Notes: a model not told the origin generated them from the letters alone. A DNA stretch of 63,332 nt, filler included, from Octopus bimaculoides (GCF_001194135.2; 5 parts of 4 records of this genome joined end to end with filler, not necessarily neighbours in it), one strand, 5' to 3'; counted from the first letter of the whole stretch, positions 12,395 to 24,759 are shown. Made by a program: numbers and translations.

Positions 12395-12981
12395 TGTCCT
12401 GCACATAACAATCAAGGGGGTGGCAGTCTGGGGAATTAGGTGGCCAGATGTTAGGGGTGATGCGGTCGCAGAAATTGTCTGGCAGCCATGACTGGGTTCT
12501 CCTGCTTGTGTTGCTTGGTGCAGAGTCCTGTTGCCAGACATAGGATCTTCAAGCAGCCACCTTTGTGACCCAGGGTAGCACTACCTCCTCCAGGCACTTG
12601 ATGTAAGTGTCTGTGTTGAATCTGAGGCTGTATAGGAAGATGAATGGAGGTATAACGTTGCCATCACTAGTGATCACTCCAAACACCATAATGTTGACTG
12701 GATGTTTGATTTTTATCACTCTCGGTGCATGCGCTGTCCTCAGATTGTCACCCAAACACTCTGAAATGTTCGTATTGGAGCTTCTGGAGCAAATATCAAG
12801 CAGCAGAGCATGATATTTCCAAATTTCTAGCAGACTGAATTGCATCATTGTACTGGTTTCCTCACAAACAGTGCCCAACTGATCCTACCATACTGTGTAG
12901 TTCACAAAATCAAAAGCAAACAATGCACCTGCACGAAATTAAAAATATAAATTGGTAACAATTAACCCATCACACACTGTG

Positions 12982-12982
<1 letters not shown>
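12395..12982 (-). mobile_element. maT (DD37D)-like Tc1/mariner deletion derivative
   Basis: KIKHPVNIMVFGVITSDGNVIPPFIF...YIKCLEEVVLPWV...YVWQQDSAP...IWPPNSPDCHPLD. TIR-like TACACAGTGTGTGATGGGTTAATTG at about 12958-12982. Confidence 0.8.
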
Positions 12983-13022
<40 letters not shown>

Positions 13023-13122
13023 ATNNNNNNNNNNGTGTGTGTGTATATATATATATATATATTTACATGCATATATGCGTGTATGTGAGTAATAATATAC
13101 ATACACAACACGTGCCCCCGTG

Positions 13123-13158
<36 letters not shown>

Positions 13159-13544
13159 ATATCACATTTTAGTTAGGCCTAACAACATCTGTATCCTGAA
13201 TTCTATTTTGTCAGATGTATATTAATTTCAATCATATTGATAATAATGGCTTTTGTTTTTATTTTCCAAGTGATGTGACATTTATAACTTTCCTGTCTCT
13301 CAAGACAACAGTTTTCTCAACGTAAGTGAAATACTTGAATAGGGAACCCAAACAGGTTACAGTTTTAGTTTCCTGAGAACATTCAGCTGTGTGATGAAGC
13401 CAGAAATAATAATAATAATAATAATTATAATAATAATTATGATGATTATGGTGATGATGATTTCTTTTTAATAATAATAATAATAGTAATAATAATAATG
13501 ATGATGATAATGATAATGATATATAAAATCCTCTTAAGTAATAA

Positions 13545-13750
13545 AAATAGCCTGGCTGTGGAAAATGAAGAAGGTGAAGACAGTGCCAATTACTGTTGGT
13601 TCCTTGGGGACAGTATCAGAAGGTATCAAGAGGAATATAGGTACATTCCACAGTATTCCTTATGTTGTGGAGGGGAAAATCAGAAGTGCTTTTGTCAATA
13701 ATTTCTTAACATTTTGATATTTGAGTCCGTTTGGGCAGTGAGGCTTCTAA
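13545..13750 (+). mobile_element. R4/Dong-clade C-terminal fragment next to a (TAA/TGA)n tract
   Basis: WLWKMKKVKTVPITVGSLGTV. Confidence 0.65.
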
Positions 13751-15026
13751 TTTTTACAAAGTCACCTGTGCCACTGTGTGACTTTTTTATATGACGATCT
13801 TCTGATGCTGTAGAACACAAAATGTGTCATTGCAGAGGGGAACAAAAAATTTACTTTTTCTAAAGCTTTAATTTTACTTTTAAAATTCTTTGAATCTTGA
13901 AACAATATGCAAAAACTAATTGAATGCTGAATTACAACATTTTATGTTTGTCAAAAAAATAACAGAAAGTAATCCCATTCTTTCAGGTTTTCTGTGTGGG
14001 ATAGCACCTTGTAGGACAGTATAGTGTTGCAGGGGATAAAATGTATCCACTTCAATAACTTATTATAAATTAAACATTCATTCTGCAAGTGTATCAACAA
14101 TATACTTTAATTTCCAAATTTGTTTCAACTGTGTAAAGTTTTCATAAATTTCCACAAAGTTTGGAGCATTTAGCTTTAAAATGGGAATCTAGAAAATGAA
14201 TATACACAGATGAGCATCAATTAAAATGAAAATATTATAAATAATTATTTAAGAACACTCAATCTAAACTTTTTGTGTGCAGGAAGGAGTTATTATACTG
14301 ACAAAACACATGTATCACATATTCTAGCTCCTTTTCAGTTTTGTTAAATTTGCTCTAAAAAATGCATAGTTATTGAATATAAAAATTATGAATAATTATA
14401 TATAATAAATATATAATTGTATACTGCAGTACAATGCCCACAGGACACACACTATACAAATCCACCCAACAAAATTATCAGCAATCCACACGGTTACATG
14501 TGCAACACTTATGATTCAATAAAATAATTGAACTCAAATTGCATGTAATCTATACAACAAACATGAAACACTAAATGAAATATCAGAAATAATATGAATG
14601 CTTGGCATGCTACAAATAGCAACCAGATCTCCCTCAAATCACACCTTACAGACTGAAGAAAGGAAGATAACATCGAAGAATGCCATCCTAGATATACAGT
14701 CAAGATATTACGATAGTGATGTCTATAAAGAAAATGGTTTGAAGGTGACAAAAAATGAGATGGAGTGCTTCTACAACAGTGGTCCATGAAAAAAGTAAAA
14801 GGGATTTTCATTCACCTTTACTTGTTTCACTCACTGAACTGTGGCCTTGCTGGAGCACTGCCTTGAAGGATTTTAATTGAACAAATCAACCCCAGTACTT
14901 ATTTTAAAGTCTGGTACTTGTTGCTTCAGTTTCTTTCGCCAAATCGGTCTCTTTTGCTGAAATGCTATACGGGTATATTAAATCTGATGTGCACTAAACA
15001 TTAAGTATGTCCTCTTTCTTAGAACA

Positions 15027-15185
15027 GCAATTAGTGGATCAGATGCACCAAATTAGTGGATCAGCACAGCAAATTAGTGAATCAAATGTGCCAATTAATT
15101 GATCAAGCACACCGAATTAATCGATCAAAGGTATCAAATGAGAGAAGTGAATGCATCAAATTAGTGGATTAAATGCACTAAATCA
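15027..15185. repeat. Degenerate 21-22-bp minisatellite, about 6-7 units
   Basis: CAAATTAGTGGATCAAATGCAC-like units. Confidence 0.8.
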
Positions 15186-15407
15186 GACATGAGTGAGAGA
15201 TCTATAGATGGAAAGAATCAGGTAGAATGATCAATAACTAGAACGCTAGAGAGGAATACAGAAACACTATTATGATAGCAGTAACATCTTATGCTGCTTC
15301 TCCTGATATGATATGTCCATTTCTCCTCCTGGGGTGCCCATTACCCATCAGTTTGTTTTTTTATATTTCATCAAGTGTTTATTAGTTGGGGGTTTTTTTT
15401 CTTGCCT

Positions 15408-16019
15408 TTAACCCTCCAAGTTCAGGCCACTTATAATTGAATTCCATGTTGCATAATTTTTCGCTTCTGTACTTATACTCTGCCATGAATGTCCCCTTTT
15501 CTCTAGTTCGTTTTGTGTTGATCTACGCCACGAGTTCTTAGGCCTACCTTTCTTTCTATATCCATCCAGATTCCACTGTAAAGCACTTTTCGCTACATTT
15601 GGTGTGTCTTTTTTAATTGTGCTACTAATCCACTTCCACCTTTTCTTAAATATTTGCTCCCTAATCAAAACTTGATTTGTTCTTTGCCATAGCTCCATAT
15701 TGCTTATGTGTTCAGGCCATTTGATTTTAAGTATACTATGCAAGCATCTATTGATGAATGACTGTATTTGCTTATTTGACTTAACTGTTGTTCGCCATGT
15801 CTCAGCGCCATACAATAACACCGCTTTTACGTTAGTGTTAAAAATTCTTATTTTGTTCTTTATTAAAATTACACTTGCGCTCCATACTTTTTTTAACAGG
15901 TGACAAGCGGTCCTTGCCTTAATTATTCTCATCTCAATATCTTCGTCGGTGCCACCTGAGAACGTTATCTTACTACCTAAATACGTAAACTCGGCTACAT
16001 CTTCTAGTTCATTACAGCT
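15408..16019 (-). mobile_element. 5'-truncated RTE-clade LINE: end of RT plus C-terminal domain, uninterrupted frame
   Basis: About 203 open codons, including ELEDVAEFTYLGSKI, VKAVLLYGAETW, RCLHSILKIKWPEHISNMELW and GRPKNSWRR. Confidence 0.9.
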
Positions 16020-16026
16020 TCAGATG

Positions 16027-16170
16027 AAAATGATCTGAAAAAAGTAACTAAAGAAACTAAAAATAACCATTAATACTAATAAACACTCGTTATGTGCTAC
16101 GCTCCAACAAGTGTCTATTAGTATTAATGGTTATTTATAGTTCCTTTAAGTACTTTTTTCAGATCATTTT
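16027..16170. other. Long near-perfect inverted repeat (arms ~62 bp, loop ~20 bp)
   Basis: AAAATGATCTGAAAAAAGTAACTAAAGAAACTAAAAATAACCATTAATACTAATAAACACT and its reverse complement with a few mismatches. Confidence 0.9.
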
Positions 16171-17299
16171 CTGTTAGGCCTTTCAACCTTTCAATACGTT
16201 TGTGTATTTTCTGTTTTAGTGATTGGAGAAGTTTAAACTGTTTCCATGCAAAGAGGACTTAGTAGTATAATGGGCCCCAGGGCAAATCATTGCACTGGGC
16301 TCAATAGTGTTTACTTATTGACAGCAAATCATGGCATAACTAGATTAGAATTGGACCCCTAAACCCACAAGAACCCCCAGACAATTGCCCAGTGTACACA
16401 TGCATTAATACGGCACAGTTTATATGATGGTAATCTTAACAGCTTTCAATTTCTATAGCCTTACTAGTACAACAACCATTTCTCAATAAAAATTTGTCGT
16501 CATGCAGGTGATTAAGCCATAATGATCTGAAGATTCAAGGAAGATATCCTATTTGGAATACTTTCAACTTTTCCAAATCCTTCTGGAGTGATGTCCATAG
16601 TTTGGTACTATAGAAGAACAAGCAATCAAGATGATCAATAATTGATTTGGATTTGTAAAGTGGTGTTCCATTGCTCCCAAACATATCAAAGAAATTAAAG
16701 AACAATTAAGTTTCTGAGCTAATTTGATTCTTGATATCTAACGATGAAGTAGCTTTGTTCTCTTCTACATGCAATCAAAGGTACCTAATCCCTTAGCTTT
16801 CAGATTACTCTGTCAAATGTAATGTTTATTTATATTGTTTTGAATTAATCATGCCTTATCTTGTAACTTATAGATTTCAATGACGTGATTGTTTAGTTTT
16901 AGAATGGCATTGCAGGGTTGAGGTGAGAGGCCAGATCTTGTCAGTCTTAACATAAAACAGGTTAAATATTTTGACCCGAAATGGTTGGTCTGAATGCTAA
17001 AGGATCAAGCATTCTCATTTGTGCCAGCTATACTCTATCTAATACAGCATCAACATCATCTGCAACAAATTCAACATTTATATTAAGACAAAATTGTAAA
17101 GCTACAGTTGGGATATTTCAGAAGCAAGCTTTTGTGCTTTGTCCTCAGTGTCATTGAAAACTATACTATCATCAGCAAACCTATGAACATTAATAATATC
17201 CTGTTTAGTCAAACTCTATAACAGCAACATTAGCAATGATAGTAGAACAATAATATCATCTGAAGCTGTAATGACATCAACAACACCAGCTGTGGAGGG

Positions 17300-18080
17300 G
17301 GAAAATCTAATATCTGTGAAAAGGGAAACAAAGTGCCAAGACAAAAGTGACAAAAAGAGGAAAGAAGAACATAGTGGTACTGAATATAGATGAGAGATAG
17401 TCAAGGAAGAATATAAATGGATTTAGGAAACTTGAAGGAACAAGGAAGTTACCAAGCCAAATTGCAAACATTAAGGGTAATAGAATAGGAGAGATTATTT
17501 AAAGCAGTCAGAAAATTCCATGATAACCCTCCAAAAAGATATGAATAAATAATATTATTGATATCAATGACCCTTTTATATATGATGGAGCTGTATTTGT
17601 CACTGAAATATTGGTTGGTTAATTCAAAGCAAAACAAAAAGAAGAGAGATGTGGAGGCGGGGTAAAATGAGATTGGAAGTAAAAAAAAAAACTCATAAAA
17701 AACCTGAGTCAGCTTTCCAATTTCCGAAAAGAATATCGTAAACAAGGTTTATGAAGTAATATAAAGAAAATTAAAAAATTATATTAAAAGGAATATAGGC
17801 TCTAGTTTGAAGAAATAAAACCCAGAATCAAATCAAAAACAGAAAAAATAGATATCTACAGTGGATATACTAATATAAACAAAACTGTATGTTTATGAGC
17901 AACAAAAGAAAAATCCTCTCGTCAACGAACCTGTGCTGAAGAACAACAATAAAATGAAGTGCCAGATGTGGGTTAAATCAAAACAATACTGATCAGGAAT
18001 TTGGAGTAACAAACTAAAAACTTTAAGAAAAAAAAAAGATGCAAACTGGATACCAGAGTCTTGGATAGAATTTCAAAACA
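17300..18080 (+). mobile_element. R4/Dong-like ORF relic (pre-RT region)
   Basis: EEIKPRIKSKTEKI and PDVG.SKQY*SGIWSN...DANWIPE, in shifting frames. Confidence 0.45.
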
Positions 18081-18581
18081 ACAGAGCAAGACCACATATA
18101 TTTAAAAAAAAAAATAATGAGGAGAATAAAAAATAAAACAGAAGACAGAAAATACAAAATATCAAAAGCCAGATTCAGATGAATTACAATGTTTCTAGTT
18201 CCAGAACTTACACATGTCAAGATGTCTTGTTCAGTGCCTATCTCAATGCATACCATTAATAATGACAGAAGGGAGAATTGTTCTTTGGAGGAAAAGGTAA
18301 GACAAAAGGGACTAAAGTGTGTAAAGACAGCCCTGATACATGTTATTGTAATTGCTTAACCCTAGGTCAGCAGTAAGACTGAGGATTAAATGAGTTCCAG
18401 CTGTAGCCATCTTCTTTCTTTTTTAAAGACATAGTATTATGATATTAGAGGCTACATTATCTAGTGTGTTCTTCCATTTCTAAGCTGTGATAGACTATGG
18501 TATGAGAAGGATTTGGCTGATATTTCTAACAGATTGACCAACTGGATTGAGACTCCCTTGTTGGCTCTCTGTATTACATGT

Positions 18582-18787
18582 ATACTCTTTTACTTGTTTC
18601 AGTCATTTGACTGTGGCCATGCTGGAGCACCACCTTTAGTTGAGCAAATCGACCCCAGGACTTATTCTTTGTAAGCCTAGTACTTATTCTATTGGTCTCT
18701 GTTGCCGAACCGCTAAGTTATGGGGACATAAACACACCAGCATCGGTTGTCAAGTAATGCTAGGGGGGAACAAACACAGACACACAA

Positions 18788-18823
<36 letters not shown>

Positions 18824-19006
18824 ATATATATATACATATATACGACGGGCTTCTTTCAGCTTCCATCTACCAAATCCACTCACAAGGCTTTGGTCGGCCC
18901 GAGGCTATAGTAGAAGACATTTTGCCCAAGATGCCATGCAGTAGGACTGAACCCGGAACCATGTGGTTGGTAAGCAAGCTACTTACCACACAGCCACTCC
19001 TGCGCC
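18582..19006 (-). mobile_element. Family A SINE, complete
   Basis: Same consensus with an internal (AC)n tract. Confidence 0.9.
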
Positions 19007-19637
19007 TATAATATACATATATATATATATATATATACATATATAGAAATTAGTGGCAAGGTATATAACTGATGAGATATACTTCTTCATACAAATCAAA
19101 TATCTATTTTCTTAAAAGATTATAATATTTCTGACTAGTTGCCTCGTCTTTAGAGAAAAAAAAACTTTTAAGTACTTACATCTTTCAATACATCTTGATC
19201 AGTTTGATCTCTGATCATCATCAAATGTATTATTTTTAGATTTAGACATTTAATCTACTTTGTAAAGAACAAAGAAGATGCAAAAACTTATATATTTTTA
19301 TGTAAACAAAATAGAATGAAGCTCACAATTAAATTAATGAACTACTGAAAAAAACACATGAAATGTTAGATAGCCCATTGTTTTATGATATATCATCTTT
19401 CATCAGCGTTTTTTAACGTCCTTTTTTCTATGCCTGCATGGATTGGATAGAGCTTATTGAGGTAGATTTTCTATGGCCGGATGCCTACCACCAAGCAAGG
19501 CAATATTTCCCTGTGGCTTGACATCTTTGCACAGAATCATTGGAAATGATTGATACTGCTTGTATGACAATAATACTCATCTACAACTATGATGCACCAT
19601 CGAACTGAAAAGGCTCCAACAACTTACAATCGATTGG

Positions 19638-19672
19638 GACTCCTCGGTCCATGTTTCAAGACAGGTCGGGTA
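19638..19672 (-). pseudogene. 28S rRNA fragment (conserved block at the D2/D3 boundary), antisense
   Basis: GACTCCTCGGTCCATGTTTCAAGACAGGTCGGG matches the antisense LSU block GACTCCTTGGTCCGTGTTTCAAGACGGGTCG (LR3 primer region). Confidence 0.7.
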
Positions 19673-19710
19673 GAGTGCCAATGCTCATCACTGACCAGTG
19701 GGTGGCTTTT

Positions 19711-19860
19711 TGGGTGCTTCGCGGATGCAGATCTTTGGTGGTAGTAACAAATATTTCAATGAGACCTTCGAAGACCGAAGTGGAGAAGTGTTCTGTGCCA
19801 ACAGCGGTCGAGCACGGGTCAGTTAGTCCTAAGAAGTGGATGAAAGCTTCCACGAAAGGA
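19711..19860 (+). pseudogene. 28S rRNA fragment (conserved core just before D7)
   Basis: GATGCAGATCTTTGGTGGTAGTAACAAATATT...GAAGACCGAAGTGGAGAAG...GGGTCAGTTAGTCCTAAG matches the universal LSU segment GGTGCAGATCTTGGTGGTAGTAGCAAATATTC...GAAGTGGAGAAGGGTTCC...GGTCCTAAG. Confidence 0.85.
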
Positions 19861-20009
19861 GACACATGCACATTGAAGAACGACTTCAGGACGCTGAGCC
19901 TTTCAGGTGAGATGAAAAAGGACCAAGCTGTCTGGTACCTTGCAGTACTCAGGAAGACCTGTACTCCACAGCAGAAGTGTTAAGACTGGTCCTTCTGGTG
20001 GTGGAAAGC

Positions 20010-20322
20010 ACTTGTCGTGGTGCTACATAAAAGTACCTATGCAATGCCACATAAAAGTGCCTGTGTGGTGCCACATAAAGGTGCCCATGTGGTGCCATTT
20101 AAAAGCACCCATGTAGTGCCATATAAAAGTGTCCTTGTGGTGCCATGTAAAAGCACCCAGCATGCTCTGTAAAGTGGTTGGTGTTAGGAAGGGCATCCAG
20201 TTACAGAGACCATGCCAAATCAGACTGGAATTTGATGCTGCTCCCCAGCTTCCCACCACTGGTCAAACCATCCAACCCATGCAAGCATGGAGATCAGACA
20301 TTAAATGATGATGATGATGATG
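20010..20322 (+). mobile_element. Family C copy with a 22-bp tandem array
   Basis: About six GTGGTGCCACATAAAAGTGCCC-like units, then GGTTGGTGTTAGGAAGGGCATCCAG and a (GAT)n tail. Confidence 0.8.
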
Positions 20323-20328
20323 TATACA

Positions 20329-20950
20329 GGTGCAGGAGTGGTTGTGTGGTAAGTGGCTTGCTTCCCAACCACATGGTTCCAGGTTTGGTCCCACTGCATG
20401 ACACCTTGGGCGGGTGTCTTCAGCTATAGCCTCGGGCTGACCAGAGCCTTGTGAGTGGATTTGGTAGACACAAACTGAAAGAAGCCCATCGATATATATA
20501 TGTCTCACAAAAATTGTAAGTAGTTCGTAAACTTATCCTCCGACGCTACTCTATCTCTTTCTCTTTCCTTTCTCCCCCCCCCCCTCGTTCTTCCTCTGTA
20601 CTACTACGTATCTCGCCTTACCCCTCTTGTTCTTCCTCTGTACTACTACGTATCTCGCCTTACCCCTCTTGTTCTNNNNNNNNNNNNNNNNNNNNNNNNN
20701 NNNNNNNNNNNNNNNTATATATATATATATTTGGGCAGGGGACTGTTTGTCCCTCCAACATCGCTTGACAACCAATGCTGGTGTGTTTACTTCCCCGTAA
20801 CTTAGTGGTTCGGCAATAGAGACCGATAGAATAAGTACTAGGCTTACAAAGAATAAGTTCTGGGGTCAATTTGCTCAACTAAATGCAGTGCTCCAGCATG
20901 GCCGCAGTCAAATAACTGAACCAAATAAAAGAATAAAAGAATAAAAGAAT
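20329..20950 (+). mobile_element. Family A SINE interrupted at its internal microsatellite
   Basis: 5' half at 20329-20500 and 3' half at 20745-20950, with a 42-bp tandem repeat and a gap between them. Confidence 0.8.
20587..20675. repeat. 42-bp tandem repeat, at least 2 units, running into a gap
   Basis: GTTCTTCCTCTGTACTACTACGTATCTCGCCTTACCCCTCTT at 20587 and 20629, with a partial copy at 20671. Confidence 0.9.
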
Positions 20951-21510
20951 ACATTTATGGGCTTTTCTCAGTTTCTGTCCACTAAAACCACTCACAAGGC
21001 TTCGGTCAACCTTAGGGCTATACTAGAAGACACTTGCCCAAGATGCCACACATTGTAGGACTGAACCTCCAGGCATGTGGTTGGGAAGCAAACTTCTTAA
21101 TCACAGTCATACCTTTTGCTTGTAACCACTATACAGTGCCTGAAAAACGTATAGCAGTCCAGACAGGATACAAAACTTCAGCAAGTAAGATGTTTCAGTG
21201 AGTTGGGTGGATATGTAGTCACAAACTGCAGGAGGAAGTTATTTCTCAAGAGGATTTATTATCCTCTTACCTTCATTGTCAAATTCTCTGATTATTCTGC
21301 CTGACAAATTAATTTATTATCTAAGAGAAAATCAAGGTAAAAATCTGACCAAACTATTTTAATAGACAGAAGTTTTCTTCTCAACCATATGATTTCAGAC
21401 TCAGTTCCACTGTGTTATGTGCACCCTAGGCAGGTGTCTTCTACTATAGCCCTGAGCCAACCAAAGCTTTGTGAGTAGATTTGGTGAATGGAAATTGAAA
21501 GAAGCATGTA

Positions 21511-21553
<43 letters not shown>

Positions 21554-22039
21554 ACTGTCTCTTTGTTTTTACATCACATGATAGTTTAAGCAAACACCAC
21601 TAACAGGAAAATATGACTGGCCCTAGAGAATATCTTACTTGCAAACAGGTGACCATTGGCATCATGAAGGGCATAAAAAATCTGCCTCAACAAATTCTGT
21701 CGAACCTAAGCCAGCATGGAAAAGGGGACATGATGATACTGATGATGATGATGATGATGACTTCAAACTTTACTCTAAACATAAGGATGAGTTGTAAATG
21801 TTTATCCAGTGTGCAAAAATTTTTCAGAATAGATGTTGTGATGAAGTTTCCTGCGACAAAGATGACTCATGCAATAAATAGGGAGAAACAGTGAAGCCTG
21901 AATGAATTGATCCCAACAACAGCAACACTAACAGCAACAAGATAACTGACAGTAAGTGAGGAAAATAAGTATTTTAAGTGTGGTGCAAGATGATGGAATG
22001 AATTAGGAAAAAATTTACAGGTAAAGTTTATCATTGTCT

Positions 22040-22330
22040 AATGTCCACCTTCCATGCCAGCTTGGGTTGGATGGTTTGACAGGAACCAGGTAGAAGACTG
22101 CACCAAACTTTTGTATCTGTTTTGGCATGGTTTTTACGGCTGGATTCCCTTCCTAACACCAACCACCCTATGGAGTGGATTGAGTGCTTTTTATGTGGCA
22201 CCAGCATGGGCAAAATCAGTTTGGCATGGTTTTTACAGTTGGATGCTCTTCCAAATGTCAACCACTTTACGTTGTGGACTGGGTGCCTTTTGCGTAGCAC
22301 CAGCAGTGGCAGGCTCACCAAGTAACTTGC
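22040..22330 (-). mobile_element. Family C copy with a duplicated core
   Basis: TTCCATGCCAGCTTGGGTTGGATGGTTTGAC followed by two GGCATGGTTTTTAC..TGGAT cores. Confidence 0.7.
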
Positions 22331-22739
22331 AAGAGAGTGGAGGGGGCATTGAAGAAGGTGATCTTGTGTCAGATGATGAAAGATTATAGTAAGACAGATA
22401 CAGAAACAGGTGTCTTGCTGTAAGGGAGTTACATGGTTACCTAGCCAAAGAGAGAGAGAGAGAATGAGGACAGAAACAGGTGTGCTGCTGTAAAGGAGAT
22501 ACATGGTTACCCAACCTATGGAAAGAGCAAGAGAAGGAGAGAGAAAGTGGGAGACAGCAAGAGTGCAAGAGAGAGCAGGAGAGATGGTGGCAAAGTTCAG
22601 GGCATACTGACAAGAAATGGGGATCAGAATATAAAGGGGATGGTAGAGTAAAAGAAAAGAGAGATAGATGGTGGCAAGTGCCAGGGCATACCCTGGAGGT
22701 ACAGAGATCATAATATAAGTGACAGAGCATTGTCAAAGA

Positions 22740-23560
22740 AGCATGAGTAGCATGAATAAAGTTGCAGAAGAATATAAGAGGAAAGTCAGGAAAAATCATT
22801 GAAATAAACTAAATAAAATCTGTAATGTTGTTAAAGATATCAATAAATGGATTATATCAATACTGAGACAGTCTTTAGCTTTTCTTCAGAGGAAATAGAA
22901 ACTGTGAAAATTGAAGCCTTGAACATAGCTGTGTGAGAGCAAGTGGTTCAACTTTGTTAAAACAAAATAGACCGAAGGCAATAAGATAATCAGTGTCAGA
23001 TATTTGGAAAAATATGAAACAGTCAAACATAAAGGGTTTGAAATACATAAATATCAAAGACTAAAATGGCAGGATGAAGGTGGGGTAACTACACTGAAAA
23101 ACTGACCGGAAATTGGATTTAAAGTGAATGAAAAATGGTCCTATCAGTAGCAGCTGTTATTGAAAATTACTGTTGTGTAATTCTGTGGGATTCCACTGAG
23201 TTAACTGACCGTGTAATAGAGGAACAGAGATCAGGTGTGATTAAAATAGACAAAAAAAAAAAATGAGGAAAATATATGAGATCACAGATTTAGTTATGCT
23301 ATGTAACAATAGAATTAAAGGAATAGAAACACAAAAAAAAATTATTGTGAAGTTTCCTGGTTTGGCTAAATATATGAGAAAACTTTGAAATATCTAAATG
23401 AAAGTTATTTCTATTGTCATATGAACACAGAAGGAAATATCACACCAGCTCTTGAAGAGAATGAAAGACATTTAAGCTGAGACCTGAATAGCAAAGTCGC
23501 AGAAAACTGTCATCCTCTATTCTTCAAGAATCCTACAAAGAGTCCTTGAAAATTGAGGAG
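22740..23560 (+). mobile_element. R4/Dong-clade LINE 3' relic (RLE domain)
   Basis: ENYCCVILWDSTELTDRVIEEQRSGVIKIDKK and QKTVILYSSRILQRVLEN*. Confidence 0.65.
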
Positions 23561-23803
23561 GTAAAGTTATTGTCAGTAATTTTCGAGATATGATTCCATT
23601 GGCGTGATCAAAATGGAATACTGTTATAATATGTAATGATGAAGATGATGATGAATTATTGCAATAAAAAGTTTCATAAGAACAAAAGGAACACATGTTC
23701 AATACCTGTTTAATAAGCTCTATGTCATCAAATGGTTTCAGTTTCTTTGAAATAAAAGAAATATATAAACTGCTATCAAGATGACCATACATATAAACAT
23801 ATC

Positions 23804-23804
<1 letters not shown>

Positions 23805-23870
<66 letters not shown>

Positions 23871-23881
23871 GGCAGACAGAC
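23805..23881. repeat. (GACA)n microsatellite
   Basis: Direct reading. Confidence 0.95.
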
Positions 23882-23909
23882 ATAAATACAAACATGTGTG
23901 TGTTTATAC

Positions 23910-24126
23910 TAGTCTAGGACATTTACCCTCCCACTGGACAATAACCCCCCCCCCCAGGACAATTACCCCTGAGGACAACAGACGATGATTTAAAACTTCT
24001 TAATATATTAGAGAGGAGGTAATTAACTGGGGGGGGGGGGGTAACTGTCCTCAGGGGTAGTTGCCATCGGGGCAAATTGTCCTGTAGGGGGTAATTATCC
24101 TAGGCGGGGTAATTATTTTGATACGG
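23910..24126. mobile_element. Small foldback/MITE-like element with inverted arrays of GGACAATTACCCC
   Basis: About four forward motif copies on the left and about five inverted copies on the right. Confidence 0.65.
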
Positions 24127-24759
24127 TTTATATATATATATGTATATATATACATATATTTGGGTGGGGATGTATGTATGTGTGTTATGATTCTCCTTAA
24201 TAGTTTTCTTTAATACATATTTTAATGAACAATAAATATGGTTGCTGCTTAAGAAAACCATGGTTAATGCAGTCATGTGCTTGAAGAACATTCTAGCGAT
24301 ACAGAACAGACACTACTATTGTCCATTCTGTGTAGTTATCTTTAAATTTATTTTGAGCTTCAAACAGATCTTCATCAAACGAGAAGACTAATTGCTAGAA
24401 AAATAAACTTAGTGTATGTCAGTTACTTACAGTACTCACCTTTAATGCCTGCAAAGATGGTACTAACATTTCACCAACTTTATAATGTGGAAAATGTATT
24501 TCCACATTTACCACAATAATAATTCCCACTAATACCACCTCTCTTTATTTACCTTTTTAAACTTGAGGGCATGCCCTGACACAGTTTCACCACCACCCTC
24601 TCTCTCTTCAAGCTGGAGTAGCCAGGTAACTCTCCTGCAATAAAACACCTCTTCCTGTCTTGCTATCATACTTTAACCTATCATTATCTGGTATAAAGCC
24701 ACCTTCCTCAGTATCACTCCCCTGCTTCAGTTAAGGAGGTCTTGTCTCGTCTTGAGATC

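Noticed and set aside
22031-22711. 226-aa minus-strand ORF
   Set aside because: It is composed of a family C SINE plus purine-rich simple sequence and has no domain signature.
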